A stretch of DNA of 64,000 nucleotides, from contig DF237324.1 of assembly GCA_000708835.1 (NCBI GenBank), positions 9,309 through 73,308 of the forward strand, written 5' to 3'. A program made the position numbers and the translations under genes. Source of the DNA: Klebsormidium nitens. Its lineage: Eukaryota; Plantae; Klebsormidiophyceae. Under the pieces are notes generated by a model, which did no database searches, had not been told where the DNA came from, and saw nothing but the letters and a program-made list of their open reading frames with translations. Shown in pieces: positions 1-12,595 of this stretch (position 1 is its first letter; the number at the start of each line of letters is the position of its first letter).

Positions 1-2955
1 ACAGCCAGCCCACCGGAGTGGCCGATCACGCCGTCGTCCGAGTCATGCGCCCCCAGGTCGTAGAGCAACTCGCCCCACTCGCATGGCCAATGCTCCCACA
101 GACGCGGGCTCCCACCTCTAGCCGCTTGCTCGAGCTCGATCCCCTCCAGCAACCGCAGTGCATCGCCCGATTCTTGCCCCGAACCATCTGGCGCTGCTCG
201 ACCAAGAGGCGACGCCTAGTGTCTGCAGGCACTGGACCCTCTCCATCCCCCGGAACGAAGCGGGTCACGAGCAGCACGTCCTCCCTGCCGAGGGCCTCCT
301 TCAGGCCCAGGAACTCGGCTTCGCTCAACCGCTGGCCGAGCTTCTCGCTCTCGGGTCGATGCCTGGAGACGCGCGCGATCAGCTCCCTCAGCTCCGGTTG
401 CAACACCAGGCGCCGCTTCATGCCCCCGCCCTCCAGTCCTGCAGCGCAGTAGTCCCGCCCCGCAACCGACTGCTTCTCGAGTGCAGTGCCGTCTGCCGAC
501 CGGCTCGGATGCGTGAATGGTCTGCGGAAGTCGTGCGAGGTCGACCCCAGCCCTCCGGGGCGCTTCCCGCCATCGGAGTTGGTGATTCCCACGATCCCAT
601 CGCATAGCAAGACCTGTGGGAGCACCATCGAGCAAGTTCATCAGGACTGCTCCATCGATCGGCAGAAGCAATAGGTGCAAGGACTTACGGGTTTCATCGA
701 AAACATGCCAAGGTGCCATCACCAATTCAACTGCTATGCCCTTTCAAGCGGCCTCATCTTCTTTTAAGTTCCTCCGACCAGGATGCTCACCTCCGGATGC
801 GGACCGCATATGCTACAGCACTCCAGGATCTGCCGGCCCACCAGCCGGAAGAAGTCGAGGCTGGCCTTCCGCCACGTCTCCTCGGATAGTACGGCGCACT
901 CTGGAGCCCTCCGGAATGCCTCTTGCTGTCCCTCCAGCAGCGCCCCGAATCCCGACTGGCCCCTCTGCATCTGCTTGAGCAGCAACTGGAGGCTCTCCTG
1001 TACAACGATCGTCTGGCGGCTCCAGACGTACAGCCCCAAGTGCTCCCCGTCGAAGTGGACGGTGTGCTTCCTGGGGCACTTGCACGAGTAGATTCTGGTG
1101 CGCACGGCCTGGCTCCAGGTGGAAGCGTGCACTACCGCGTCCTGCCAGAGCTCCACCCACTCACCACCGCAGGGAGGCGGTTCCAGAGGGCACGGCGCGC
1201 TCAGCATCCCGAGCTCGCCGAGCGCTTGGAAGTCCCGGCCCACCAGCTTGCTGACGCGAATCGGTCCGCATCTCAGCCGCATCACCCACGGGTCGTGAAA
1301 GNNNNNNNNNNNNNNNNNNNNNNNNNNNNNNNNNNNNNNNNNNNNNNNNNNNNNNNNNNNNNNNNNNNNNNNNNNNNNNNNNNNNNNNNNNNNNNNNNNN
1401 NNNNNNNNNNNNNNNNNNNNNNNNNNNNNNNNNNNNNNNNNNNNNNNNNNNNNNNNNNNNNNNNNNNNNNNNNNNNNNNNNNNNNNNNNNNNNNNNNNNN
1501 NNNNNNNNNNNNNNNNNNNNNNNNNNNNNNNNNNNNNNNNNNNNNNNNNNNNNNNNNNNNNNNNNNNNNNNNNNNNNNNNNNNNNNNNNNNNNNNNNNNN
1601 NNNNNNNNNNNNNNNNNNNNNNNNNNNNNNNNNNNNNNNNNNNNNNNNNNNNNNNNNNNNNNNNNNNNNNNNNNNNNNNNNNNNNNNNNNNNNNNNNNNN
1701 NNNNNNNNNNNNNNNNNNNNNNNNNNNNNNNNNNNNNNNNNNNNNNNNNNNNNNNNNNNNCCGTGGGAAGGCCCCTCTGCTCCATCCCGGAAGCGCCGAG
1801 GGCCGCGAGCACCAGCTTGTGAACGCAAGGAGCGTCTCTGGCGAGCCTACCGCGATCGCAAGAGCAATTCGAGTGTCCCTGGCTATCCCACCAGCATTCC
1901 TCCAGCAGCGCCTTCTCTTTGCTTGGCTTCCCGAGGGCTTTTGGCCTCCCGCGGTTGTGATCCCAATACGTCATGTAAAGGCGCATGGGAGGCCCACACG
2001 CGTCCACTCCAGCGGGTACGACTATGCGGCACGTGCCATCCAGGATGCCGGTCAGGAAGAGGGTTGCTTGGGCGGCGATACCGAGGTGGGCCTCAGGCTG
2101 CAGGTGCCAACCAGATCTTTCAGACACACTTCCTGACCGCTCTCTGAGATCAACCTCACGCCTTGCTCACAGTCCGAGGTAAACGAGCAGCTCAAGATCG
2201 CATCCGGGATCTTGCGCAGTATCCCGCCCTTTGGGTGGCGGGCCATGAGAAATTCCATGAAGAGCATGTAGTCGGTGCGCGTGCTCCCCCTCTTAGCATG
2301 GGCGCATGCCATGCAATGAGTCCATCGGAATCTCGCAGGACGGGCGCAATCGCTTGCAGACGCATGTTGCATTGGAAATCCTCATAGGTTCTACTAAGAA
2401 ATTATCTCCACTCACCAGCATCTCGCGCGCGCGGCTGCCGGCTTGCATGCCCCTGTTCAGTGCGCTCTCAGCTGCAGCCTTTTTCGGCTTCTTCCTGCTC
2501 ACGGTGCTTTCGTTTGAGATCACAACAGCCTCAAGCAGCTCGTTCGTCAGCTCCAGCGTTTGCTTCCAGCTCCCCGAGGCCCGGCGCTCAAAGAGCAGCG
2601 CATCTTGCTGGTTGTGCCCGCGGTCGCAGAGTGTCAAGCTCCGTGAATCGGCGCCGACCTTCAGCTGGCCCATGAGCTTGGCGACGCACGCGAGGCAAAG
2701 GATTTGCCGTTTCTGCTTGCTCTTTGGAATGCTGCAGCTCACCAGATAACCCTTCATCGGGCTCTTGCGGAGGCTCAGCCTCAGCACCCCGTCTGTACCG
2801 CCTGTGCCCTTCCAGACCTGCTGCCTGCAAGTGATGCACTTGCCAGAAATCTGCCCTATCTCGGAAGGTCGGACGCACTCTGGGTCTATATGGTACAAGC
2901 CGCGTACGATTTGAGCTAGATCCGAAGCCAAGTAGTGCTCAGTGGGGGCTGCCAT
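1..2955 (-). mobile_element. 5' part of an intron-containing SWIM-finger + CxC cysteine cluster + KDZ (Kyakuja-Dileera-Zisupton)-type transposase-like gene; runs off the left edge
   Basis: Minus-strand segments: Cys-rich N-terminus from ATG 2955 (CITC, CLAC); SWIM-like CxC-xn-CxH 'NCSCDRGRLARDAPCVHKL' (~1810-1870); 'CKCPRKHTVHFDGEHLGLYVWSRQT' (CxC-cluster-like); GT-AG intron 614-790 joins 'CCSICGPHPE|VLLCDG', resembling the motif preceding KDZ cores. Exon structure near 2100-2415 and below ~230 is ambiguous (frame switches); N gap inside; no termini identified. Confidence 0.6.
1302..1760. other. Assembly gap (N run)
   Basis: Run of N directly visible. Confidence 1.
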
Positions 2956-3843
2956 GGTCGGAACCCCCTAGCATGCACCAACATGCACGAAGCTGTCCCT
3001 TTAGAATCAACTGGGAGCTCTGTCTAAGTCTCCGACTAACCTTGGTCATCCTTCCGGCCTCCTCTTTCCCTAAGTACTCACGATGCTATAGACTGGCAGG
3101 GCACCCGGGACGGCGGACCGCCGGAAGGCTCGAAATTCGATGGTAACCGCTTCGAAGAGCTCCGGCGGTGCGCCGAGTTCGCAGCGGGGGGCCAGCTGGC
3201 AAAATCCTCTACGTTATCGTTACCAGTCAGCTGACGCTAAGCCAAAACTCGAATTTTCAGGACCGTCCGATCGATCGCGAGAACTTAGGGATCGACAGGA
3301 CGCATCCTGGCCGTCCAATAAGGCCGAAATTCATTTGGTAGGCCCGACCAGCTTCGAAAGACGTCGTTGGCAGGCAGACTACAGCACCGTCCCGTCGACG
3401 ACGTTTTAACGAGCGACCAAAACAACCAACGGCACACAGAACGTGTCGCTCAAAGCGCTCGTTGTCGAAGCAACCGGCGCTTAGGGGCAGGGGGACGACA
3501 GGCCTGATGGTGTTATTATACGATCCGACCGTTTTACCGGTACGGATAGGGGTTGTGTCGATGGTTCTCATCCTATGCTCCTACAGGCTACAGATCCAAC
3601 CTGATTGATTCAACCCGATTCCGATGACCAAGCCGTGGCGCAGCTCAGCTCTTGCGTGGCTGCCAGGGCTGCGCCTCTCTCGAGGCTTTCTTTCAACCAG
3701 AGCGGGCTGGCAGTCTGATTCATACATAGTATCCAGCAATACATCGTGCCCGCTAGAAAGCAAGAACCTTTCCAGTTTCAAAGCAGCTGGATAGTTGCTT
3801 TTCAAACGGTAGTTGAAAGGTCCAGCTTTTGTTCGCTGTTCCA

Positions 3844-6800
3844 ATGGCGCATGGCGGAGTTGCCACGCTGGCGGTGCGCGACGTGTGCTCGCAGCTCTAC
3901 GCCCGCAACGTCGCAGAGTGCGCCGCATACCAAGAATTAGTGAACGGGTATCAGCAGTACTTAGCGCAAGCCACGCAGTCGGGGAAGGACACACAGCGCC
4001 TTGAACAGGAGGTTGGGAGTTTACGAGAGGAGAACGGGGAGCTGAAAAATTTGTTGAAAGACAACGAGAAGAATGCGGCCCGGAGTGCGGAGGCAAAAGC
4101 TCTGGAGGAGCAGCTGGGGCGGGCGAGAGAGGAACTAGGAGCGGCTTACAAGACAAACGCGGGGACTGCGCAACAGCTGTTGCAGGCCAGCAATGCTGTT
4201 CAGGTGGGAGATCTGACCATGTGGTGCTTTCCTTGGGACATATCTTGGTCTGTTGGTTGGTAAGCTGTTTCTACGGTCCTGTGAGTGGTGTCATACAGTT
4301 GTTGATTACAATCTTGTGGGAGTTTTTAAGTGGGCCCCTTTGACTGGGTAAACCACGTTGTTTAAAGTTGGGGATTGCTTTAGTCTGCCCTTATTCTCCA
4401 GCTGCCCAAGGGGCATTCATGGAAGGTGAAGTGGGCCGGGTATCCAGTTGATTGCTGTGGTGGACTCTCCTTTACGTAACCGTTGTGTTTGCTCGGTTGA
4501 ACAAACTCGCCTGTGCGGGCCAGTTCTTCACAGATAGATTGTACCCACAGTCCAACAGGCGTTATTCTCTTTTTGACTTCATTCCCCTGCATAAATGGAA
4601 CCATAAGTTACCAAGATGTGAGGCCCATTGAGGTTTCATTCACAGGCATGCAACGCAACAGCTGGCCAAATCTATCGGTCTTGTACTTCGGTTTGCGCGG
4701 TCTGTCAATGAAAAAACTTGCGAGTTCTGACCGGCACCTCAGATATCAATGGTTCTCCTGGTTGAGAACTCTGAAGCTCGTGACTATTCACCTTGTCCTT
4801 TTGGCCCTGCAGATTGTAGAGGCTAAGGTTAATGAAAAAACTCAGCATCGGCCATTTGTAGATGAAGAACCTTGATCACACTCGAGCGTCTCACACTGAG
4901 GGGGAGACAGACAGTGAACATAAGAAGCCCCCAATCTCTACTCTTTTTTCGTCCGTTTTCTGGGTCTGAATTCCTTTTTCTCGTAGGCTCTGAAAGAAAG
5001 TCGCCATGATGAAAACCTCCTCCTCTGTAGTCAAGACCAGACCTCAAACAATTACTTTTTCCCTTTCCTTTTTATCTTTTGACAATTTGCGTATCCTCAC
5101 ACGTTTTTGGCGGTACTTTCCGTGCCCCACCCACGCAGTTTTGAAGGCCGACATAGGAGAGAAGCCCCGCCAATTACAAGCCTTTGAAGAAGAGCTTGCC
5201 GCAACGAAAGCTCGCCCGCTCTGGTTGAGAGCCGGGCCGCGAACAAGGATGCTTCTCTTCGTTCCCTTTTCCACTTTTGACACTTTCCATTTCTTCACTC
5301 ATGCAGTCCTTGAAGGCCGACGTAGAAGAGAAGGCCCGTCGAATACAAGCCCTCGAAGAGGAGCTCGCCTCGACAAAAGCGCGCCTCGCTCTAGTTGAGA
5401 GCCAGGCCGCGAACAAGGACGCTGCGGTCGAACTAGCGGCGGCAGAAGCGCAGCGTGCGCGAGAGGAGCAGCGAGAGATGGAGGAACGGCTGAAGAAAGT
5501 GGAGGCGGAGAACAAGGACCTGGTCGACCGGTGGATGGAGCAGAAACTCAAGGATGCGGAGCGGTTGAATGAGGTGAGGGATTACGGGGAAGCTTAAGCA
5601 TTGCCAAAGGCCTTTTGGTTGAGCTCTCTTCCTTACCCCCTCCGTTATCAGTCCTTTGTCAGGATGCTTGTTTTGTTCTACTCCAGTCGATTGCACTTTT
5701 GGGACGCACAAAGATCAAGAGCGGTTCAAGGACAGGTCGAGGGACAAGGGGTTTTCGCATTCCGGGCTATGCTTTTGTTATCATTATCTGTTGTTATTAG
5801 GAGCATTTTATCTCCTTGCGTTGTACGTGGTTGGGCGAGCCTTGAGCTTCCGCCAGGCTCCGAGGGGCACGGGTGTAAATACTCGCAGAAAATGTCCTGG
5901 CCATGTGTCCCAGCCTGTCTGTCTGTCAAAAGTTGCACGTACTTACCCGGCAAGAGTCTTGGCAGCACGAAATGCTTGCCTGAAAGGGCTAGCAGGTTGC
6001 GCATATTGGAGGCCGCGTTATACCATGGCTAGCTCGCGGAGCGGCGATAGAGTCAATCGAACGGTCCATACAATTTGCACTTCTACATTAAATGTGCGAC
6101 ATTAGCGGAAACGCATTTGCACGATGCAATCTAACGCGATGAGGCCAAGGAGCGGAGGGTTATACATGGGCCGAGGTGGGTGAATCGTTCATTGAACTTT
6201 GCGGATTGCCTGTCAAACTTCGTGAATCGCTCACGGGTCTGCTTTCTCTGCATCTGCAGTTGAACGACATGTACGAGGACCTGCTGAAGCGATCCAACGC
6301 ACAGCGGCTGGAGGACGTGGCGCGCACTCAGGTGAGCTGTCAACGTACCTCTGACACGTGCATCTTATGACCAAGTCGCGTGAAGCATCCTCTAGCAGTC
6401 GGTCAAGCACACTAGCGCCCACTGAAAGCCGCACGAATCTTTTGGTGCTTTGTCGGGTCAACCTTTGGATATTTTTGTCAAAGCTTTGCAGTTCACTCAC
6501 TTTTCAGTTGCCCGCACAGTCCGTTCTGGACTGTAATGCTCAACGAAAAGATTCATGTCTGCGTCTCTTTGCTCCGCGCTTCGTTCGAGGCCTTCCTCTT
6601 CCTTGTTCGCTCAGCAGTGACGCACTCGAGCACATTTGGATAGCTCAATTTTGCTTCCCAACCCGTTCAGCAAAGAAAGCATTCCATCCCAGGAGATTTT
6701 GGTGGTGCGGTTCAACTGCGTGTTCTCTCTCAATATTGTCGGCTCGAGTGTCAGAGGTCGTGCAAAGTGCCATGATGGTCTCGTCCCTCACAATCGACAC

Positions 6801-8810
6801 CGAAACGCTTCTAGAAGCAAGCTTGACCCTTCTTGACTGTTTCCGTTCCCCTGTGCGCATCGTTGAGGGAGTGCTGTCAACCCTATATCCCGATTACATC
6901 AAAACATCCCCGGTCTTTGGCTTAGGATGCGTCCCTCCTCGTAACGGCTTTGCCTCAGTTTCAAGACTACGCAGCCTTCCTGTACCAAAACACTGCCTGT
7001 ACGTAGTCTCTGCTCACACCAGTATCCTTGGTACAACAGTTGCTTAAGTCAAGCCGAGCCTGCGTATTCCTTCACTGCCCTCGTGGAGCGAAAGCGATGC
7101 CCCTGACTGCGTCCGCTTTGGCCCCCCTCCTCGTCTTGCCGTCTTTCTACCACTTTCTCTACTTCCTGACTCGATCCTTGTGGACATCCGGACCCCTTCT
7201 CATGCCATCCCGTTTTCTTTTTTTAACAGGCCTAACCCGAGCTGAACCCCCAACCTGAACTCGTAGTCAACCCGTGCGGCGGGGCGAGGGCGACGCCGCC
7301 GACTTCGTTTCGTCGGGCCCCCCTCCGCGTCTTGTCCTTTCTCTGCCCGCTTCCTTAATTTACGCGCCTTGACCTGCGCTTAACCCTGATTAACCTGTAA
7401 TCACCATCCCTTCATGTACGGAAGAGCGAGGGCGATCGCCACATCGCTGACTCGAGCTTAACTCACAAACTTAACCTTTCAGGTGGACGGCATCGTGCGG
7501 CAGAGCGAAGGCGACGCCGCGGACTTCGTCCCGTCGGGCCCCCCCTCCTCGTCGCGCCACACGCTACGCGCTCACGAGGGTGGCTGCTCCGCGCTCGCGT
7601 TCGACCACGGCGCCGGGTCGCTCTTTTCGGGGGGCACGGACAAGCTGATCAAAGTGTGGGAGACGGCGGGGGGGACGGTCAGCAACACTCTCCGGGGGGC
7701 GCTCGGGCAAATTCTGGATTTGTCCGTGTCGGCACATAATAATTGGGTCCTCGGGTGCAGCTCCGACAATAAGCTATACCTCTGGGACCTTTCCTCCGGG
7801 CGCATCCGGCACACGATGACGGGCCACGTGGACAAGGTCATCGCCGTCGATTTCAGCGGGTCGAGCGGGCGCAAGGCGGTGTCGGCCGCGCACGACCGGA
7901 CGCTCAAGATCTGGGACCTGAACACGGGGTACGGCATCCAGACAATCATTTGCCACAGTAATTGCAACACGTGCTGCGTCGTGGTGGAAAACGGGGTGGT
8001 GGCGTCGGGGCATATGGACGGCCACATACGCTTTTGGGACATGCGCAGCGGGCGGCTCGCGAACGAGGTCGCGGCGCACGCGCAGGGGGTGACGTCGGTG
8101 TGCCTCTCGCGGGATGGCGCCACGGTGCGTCCTTCGCTTCTCAATCTTGGCTGGACTGTTAGATTGTGCACCAAGAATTTCTGGGCTTGGGCTTGCCCTT
8201 TTGCGTTTCCAAACACTGAACACGACGTTCTCACCAATCGCTAATCAGAGTTGTAGAAGTTTTTTTCTTGTCGCTCTCAAACAGACGCTAAAGTGTTTTT
8301 TTTACGAACAGGAGCGATCGGGATCCAAAGCTCTTGCCGGAGATATGACCCCTCGAGTCAGTCGTAGAAATCTGAAAGATGAGTTCCGCTATTAGATACC
8401 CTTTGCTCAGACGCGAGCGCCCCAGAACCTAGAACGTCGAATCATCCAACCTCGGCCACGCCCTTGCCAGCCACTACCTAACCGTTTGCTCATCCCTTCA
8501 GATTTTGTCCAACGGCCGCGACAACGTGCTCAACCTGATCGACGTGCGCACCTTCGAGGCGCGCACCTCGCTGCGCGCGGCCGGCTACCGCGTCGCCACC
8601 AACTGGTCACGTGCCTGCCTCAGCCCCGACGCCCGGCACGCCGCGGCGGGGTCTGTAGACGGGACCGTTTTCGTGTGGAACACGCAGTCGGGGGCCGTAG
8701 ACCGAGCGCTGAAAGGACATGCCGGGCCCGTACTCAGCTGCAGCTGGAGTGACCGGGGGAGGCCGCTCGCGAGCGCCGACAAGAACGGGAACGTGGTGAC
8801 GTGGGAGTAG
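3844..8810 (+). CDS. ATG16: Autophagy-related protein 16 (coiled coil + WD40), 5 exons, ~549 aa
   Basis: Exons 3844-4203, 5307-5573, 6260-6331, 7483-8124, 8502-8810, all GT-AG, phase 0, open. Motifs ENKDLVDRWMEQKLKDAERLNE, VDGIVR, HEGGC, GHMDGHIRFWD, NWSRACLSPD, LASADKNG match plant ATG16. Confidence 0.95.
5133..5217 (+). repeat. Degenerate intronic copy of the ATG16 exon 2 acceptor + first ~80 nt
   Basis: acgcag|ttttgaaggccgacataggagagaagccccgccaattacaagcctttgaagaagagcttgcc vs functional atgcag|tccttgaaggccgacgtagaagagaaggcccgtcgaatacaagccctcgaagaggagctcgcc at 5301. Confidence 0.85.
7261..7326 (+). repeat. Degenerate intronic copy of the ATG16 exon 4 start
   Basis: cgtgcggcggggcgagggcgacgccgccgacttcgtttcgtcgggcccccctcc vs exon cgtgcggcagagcgaaggcgacgccgcggacttcgtcccgtcgggccccccctcc. 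Confidence 0.85.
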
Positions 8811-10125
8811 GAGGGGGAGCGACGTGCGCGCGCTGTGTGAAGCCACGTGCTCTTGGACGGCTCTAAACACGCCTCAATTTGTTGTTAGGGCTACCGACTG
8901 TATGGCTTGTACAAAAGACACATTCGCTGATGAGTAACGTTACTGTCAGTGTTCGCCGGGAAGGACTTTATGTAAGGACGAAAAACAGCACGCTTTACGA
9001 AGATAACCTTCACCTGTTCGGATCAGCATGACGGTCCAAACTGACGGTAAACGAGCACTTCTGAAGGGCGCTTCGTCTACCTTCACTGGTTCTTTGAAAT
9101 TGTTACTACACTAACCAACGGTAGTGATGGGCCGGCTGACGTGACATCTGTCATGTGCGTAACTCTTGCAAGCATCGAGTGTCAAGTTTCATTCTGCTTC
9201 AATAGCGTAGGCCCTAGTTCTCGTGGACATTGGCCATCATTATACTAAGCCGTCCGTAAAAAACGTATATACCGCTTTAGAAAATTGGCAGAGGCCTGCT
9301 ACGACCGGCGCACTACACATGCTTAATCCAGATAAAGTGGATCATCCAACCCGGAGGTACGGTGGCGGTTTATCAAGGTAATATACTTCAATCCACATGA
9401 ACTAAAGGAGATGCATTCTGTATACGATGAGTCCTCATACAGTGCCGCCCAGGCCATGCTGCCGTGCAATTAACATTAAAAGCCTTCTATCATGCCAGGC
9501 CATCTGCATGCACATGGCGGCCAGGTCTGATCGAGGTTCCATTGATCCTCCAAATCCGATCCCGCATTCAATAACCGAGCGCGGCTAGTGTCGTGCATGA
9601 GCTGAAGGAAACACCGGTCTAATACCTGCAAGCCCGCATGCACGTACGTCATCTTTTTTGTGCCGCGCAAGGACGTACTTGGTCGTGGGGAAGACGTGCA
9701 CTTTACGAGACTCAACGCTCAGCCAAGTGTGCAGGCAGCTAGCGGTCAATCAAGCGCTGACAAGTTGGACTATTCGATTTCATAATTGTCACAATTGAAG
9801 CACGCCGATCCCGGCAAAGTGCACTACAAGTTTTAGAAAAGTGATCTGCATTTGAATGCCAAACCAAGTCCCATATCTGTGTATCTGAATGCCTGTGAGC
9901 TCATCAAAAAGTATCAGAATTCTTTTCATGTCTTGGACGACTGATCACGTCGCGTTGACGTACGACAAGACTATGATCTTGGAATCGGAAGGGGCTCAAG
10001 CTGCCCAATCTCAATCAACCCGTGTCCAACCATCCCCTCGAGTCGCTGGGGTATCTGGGTGGATGCTGTTCTGCAATGGAGCAGCCCTCGAGCAGCGCCT
10101 TGAGCCGTCTGTAACTAAGCAAGAA

Positions 10126-10145
10126 GACAAGACAAGACAAGACAA
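10126..10145 (+). repeat. (GACAA)4 microsatellite
   Basis: Directly visible. Confidence 0.9.
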
Positions 10146-12595
10146 CCCGGATCGGAATGCGATGTCCACATTTGCGACCTGACGGGCAGTGACGAGGGGT
10201 TTGGGCGGTTGTTAGCTGGGGCACAGAATACGGTATTCAATATCCTACCTACCATAGTAAAATCACATTGCACTTGGCCTTACCCTGCTAACCCTAACCT
10301 TAACTCCAGAACAAACCAACTTCCGCCACAGAATTGAACGGAATAAACGGAACCTGCAAAGTTCTAGCGGAATCCTCCGGTGGTTCCGTTACAAAGATGT
10401 CACAACTTCTTGAGACCAGAACATAGCATCTAGGCAGATGAAACTGCATTGCTCAACATTTGGACTCTCTACAGAGGCCAATTATCTGACAGATGAGTCG
10501 TTTTGACGTATGCAGAACTGCAACAATCTTCCAGCAAAGCGAAGGCAAGCTCCGGTTCTGAGAGGCGCTCATCGCGCAACTCTGCCGGCAAAAATGCCCA
10601 AGGCGAGGAGGAGTTAGTAGGTACCCCTCTCCCTGCCTATCCTCAGCACCCTCAGCATTCTTTCTTTGTAGGCTCTACTGACATCATGTAAGTACATAGC
10701 AGATTTGCGGGACAACCCGGCCAATTCAAACGGCCGGACAGGGAAGTGTCCAATCAGAACGCTTCCAAGCAGGATAGTAACACATTCTTCACGTGCTCAG
10801 TCCACGTCATCGTTCCAAAACCCTGCGTCCCGCCTTGCTCCACGGCAGGCCGCGGTAAGGGCGCCGCGCTGATCAGCACACTTTTGCGCGAGCTCCGAAA
10901 TCGTCACGCGACTCAAATCTACCGGGTTTTAAACACTGCGCGCAGCTTAAATTTCTCGCGCTCAAAACGCCGAGCAGTCACGGTACAGCCATATTGAAGC
11001 TTACCGTTGCTCCTCCCAAGCTCTGCCAAAAAGTAGAGAACTACGTAGCGAAAACAAAACAGAAGAGCTGAAAGCAAAGGAGCGCTATTTCACGATTCGG
11101 GCCTGGGGACAAACGTGTGTTCTGATCTTTCTTATTGACCGTCTTTCCTAAGCCAATCCCATCCTCCCCCCCCTCCCCCCTCGACGATATCCTCTCCCCT
11201 GGCCTGTCCAACGACTTCAGCACCTTCAGAAGAACCAACAAGACCAAGACCTGACCAAGATTCTCTCCTCCCATTCCAGGTACAGTGAAATCTCCTGCCA
11301 TATGGATCAACTACCACGCGATGAAGGCCGCAGGAACAATCTAATAGCTTCTAGGAAACTCTTGGAAGGCTTTTCTGCTGATGGATCTTGGGATGACTTT
11401 TTCGTTTTTGCATGAATGTCTGGTGCGTCATCTTTTCTCTTGCATAATCATTGGCAGTCCCCAGGCCCGGTCCAGGTTGAAACAAGCATCACAATGACAG
11501 CAAGCTGATTTAGCTCCATTGGCAGTAGCCACGAGAACCATCTCAATTGGCTGAGCAAAGAGGCCGATAAGGAGGACACTGGACGCTAGGGACATTACAT
11601 AAGCACACTCAAACCAGACATTTACGTTGCATATGATAGGGATCTTCAGAAGGTTATTTTAGGCTGCACTTGAGTTTGTTCACATAAGTTCCCCATAACT
11701 GGCCTTGCCTTTGCAAATTACTCAGCGGAAGGTTCAAATTGCATTTGAGCATCACTCATGTCAGCCATGCCTTCAATGAAATCTCATCATCCATGCGTTT
11801 AGACACGTTGCCGGAGGAAACAAGGATGCAGACGGTTCCTCATCCCGCCAATTTGAGTGGTAGACTGGGTTATGCATCATGGTCTGAATGTGTAACTCTT
11901 TCTGCTGGCTTTGTCCGTTTATAGTCTGGAAGGTCGCCCGGTGAAACAACGGGGGATGCGGCTCGTGGCTCGCCCGACGTACCTTATCCTGCCGTTCGGT
12001 ACGGACGGTATGTCGACGACGTTTCGCTACCCACCGTAGTACGGTATATATAAGGGATTTCCGTGACTGGCTGCGACTGCGCGGACACCGGGACAGCGCG
12101 GCCATGTTGACCTCATGAGGTCCAGACCGCTGCAGCCTTAGTACAGCTGAAGATTCACGGAAGAAGCGACTGAAGCGATAGAACTTCTGCAAGGGGCCGC
12201 AAGTGCAGCTGGTCCCGTGCACCTCCGGCCCATTCTCAGTTCTTAGATGAACTGAGAATCCCCGGATTGCCACTTCTGCAAATCGCCACCCGCTGCTTTG
12301 GCAATAAACAATTCCGTCACTGCAAGTCCCGGCCGTAGCTCACTTGATGGTCGAGCCTTTCGTTGGGCTCTTGGCAGAACGAACGCAACCGTTCAGTGGT
12401 CGACGTTTACTGGCGCAGACTTCTCTTGCAGCTGTTCTGATTGCGCCAGAACCGCGCTGCTCACTTGTGAGCTGGAACGAACTAAAATCTTCTGCGCTTC
12501 AAAGACAGTACTTGTAACGATCAAGTCATTCCCAATTGCAAAGGAGGTGTGACTGGCAGCTCTCTAACTCACCATAGCAAGTCCGCCACAACAGG

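Noticed and set aside
3040-3130. Short inverted repeat ccttccggc/gccggaagg as a transposon terminus
   Set aside because: Only 9 bp, both arms on the same side of the gene, and the other end of the element is outside the window.
11040-11900. Possible retroelement RNase H remnant (IHAFRHVAGGNKDADGSSSR near 11790-11850)
   Set aside because: One weak motif in stop-ridden frames; no RT, integrase or LTR recognisable. Needs a profile search.
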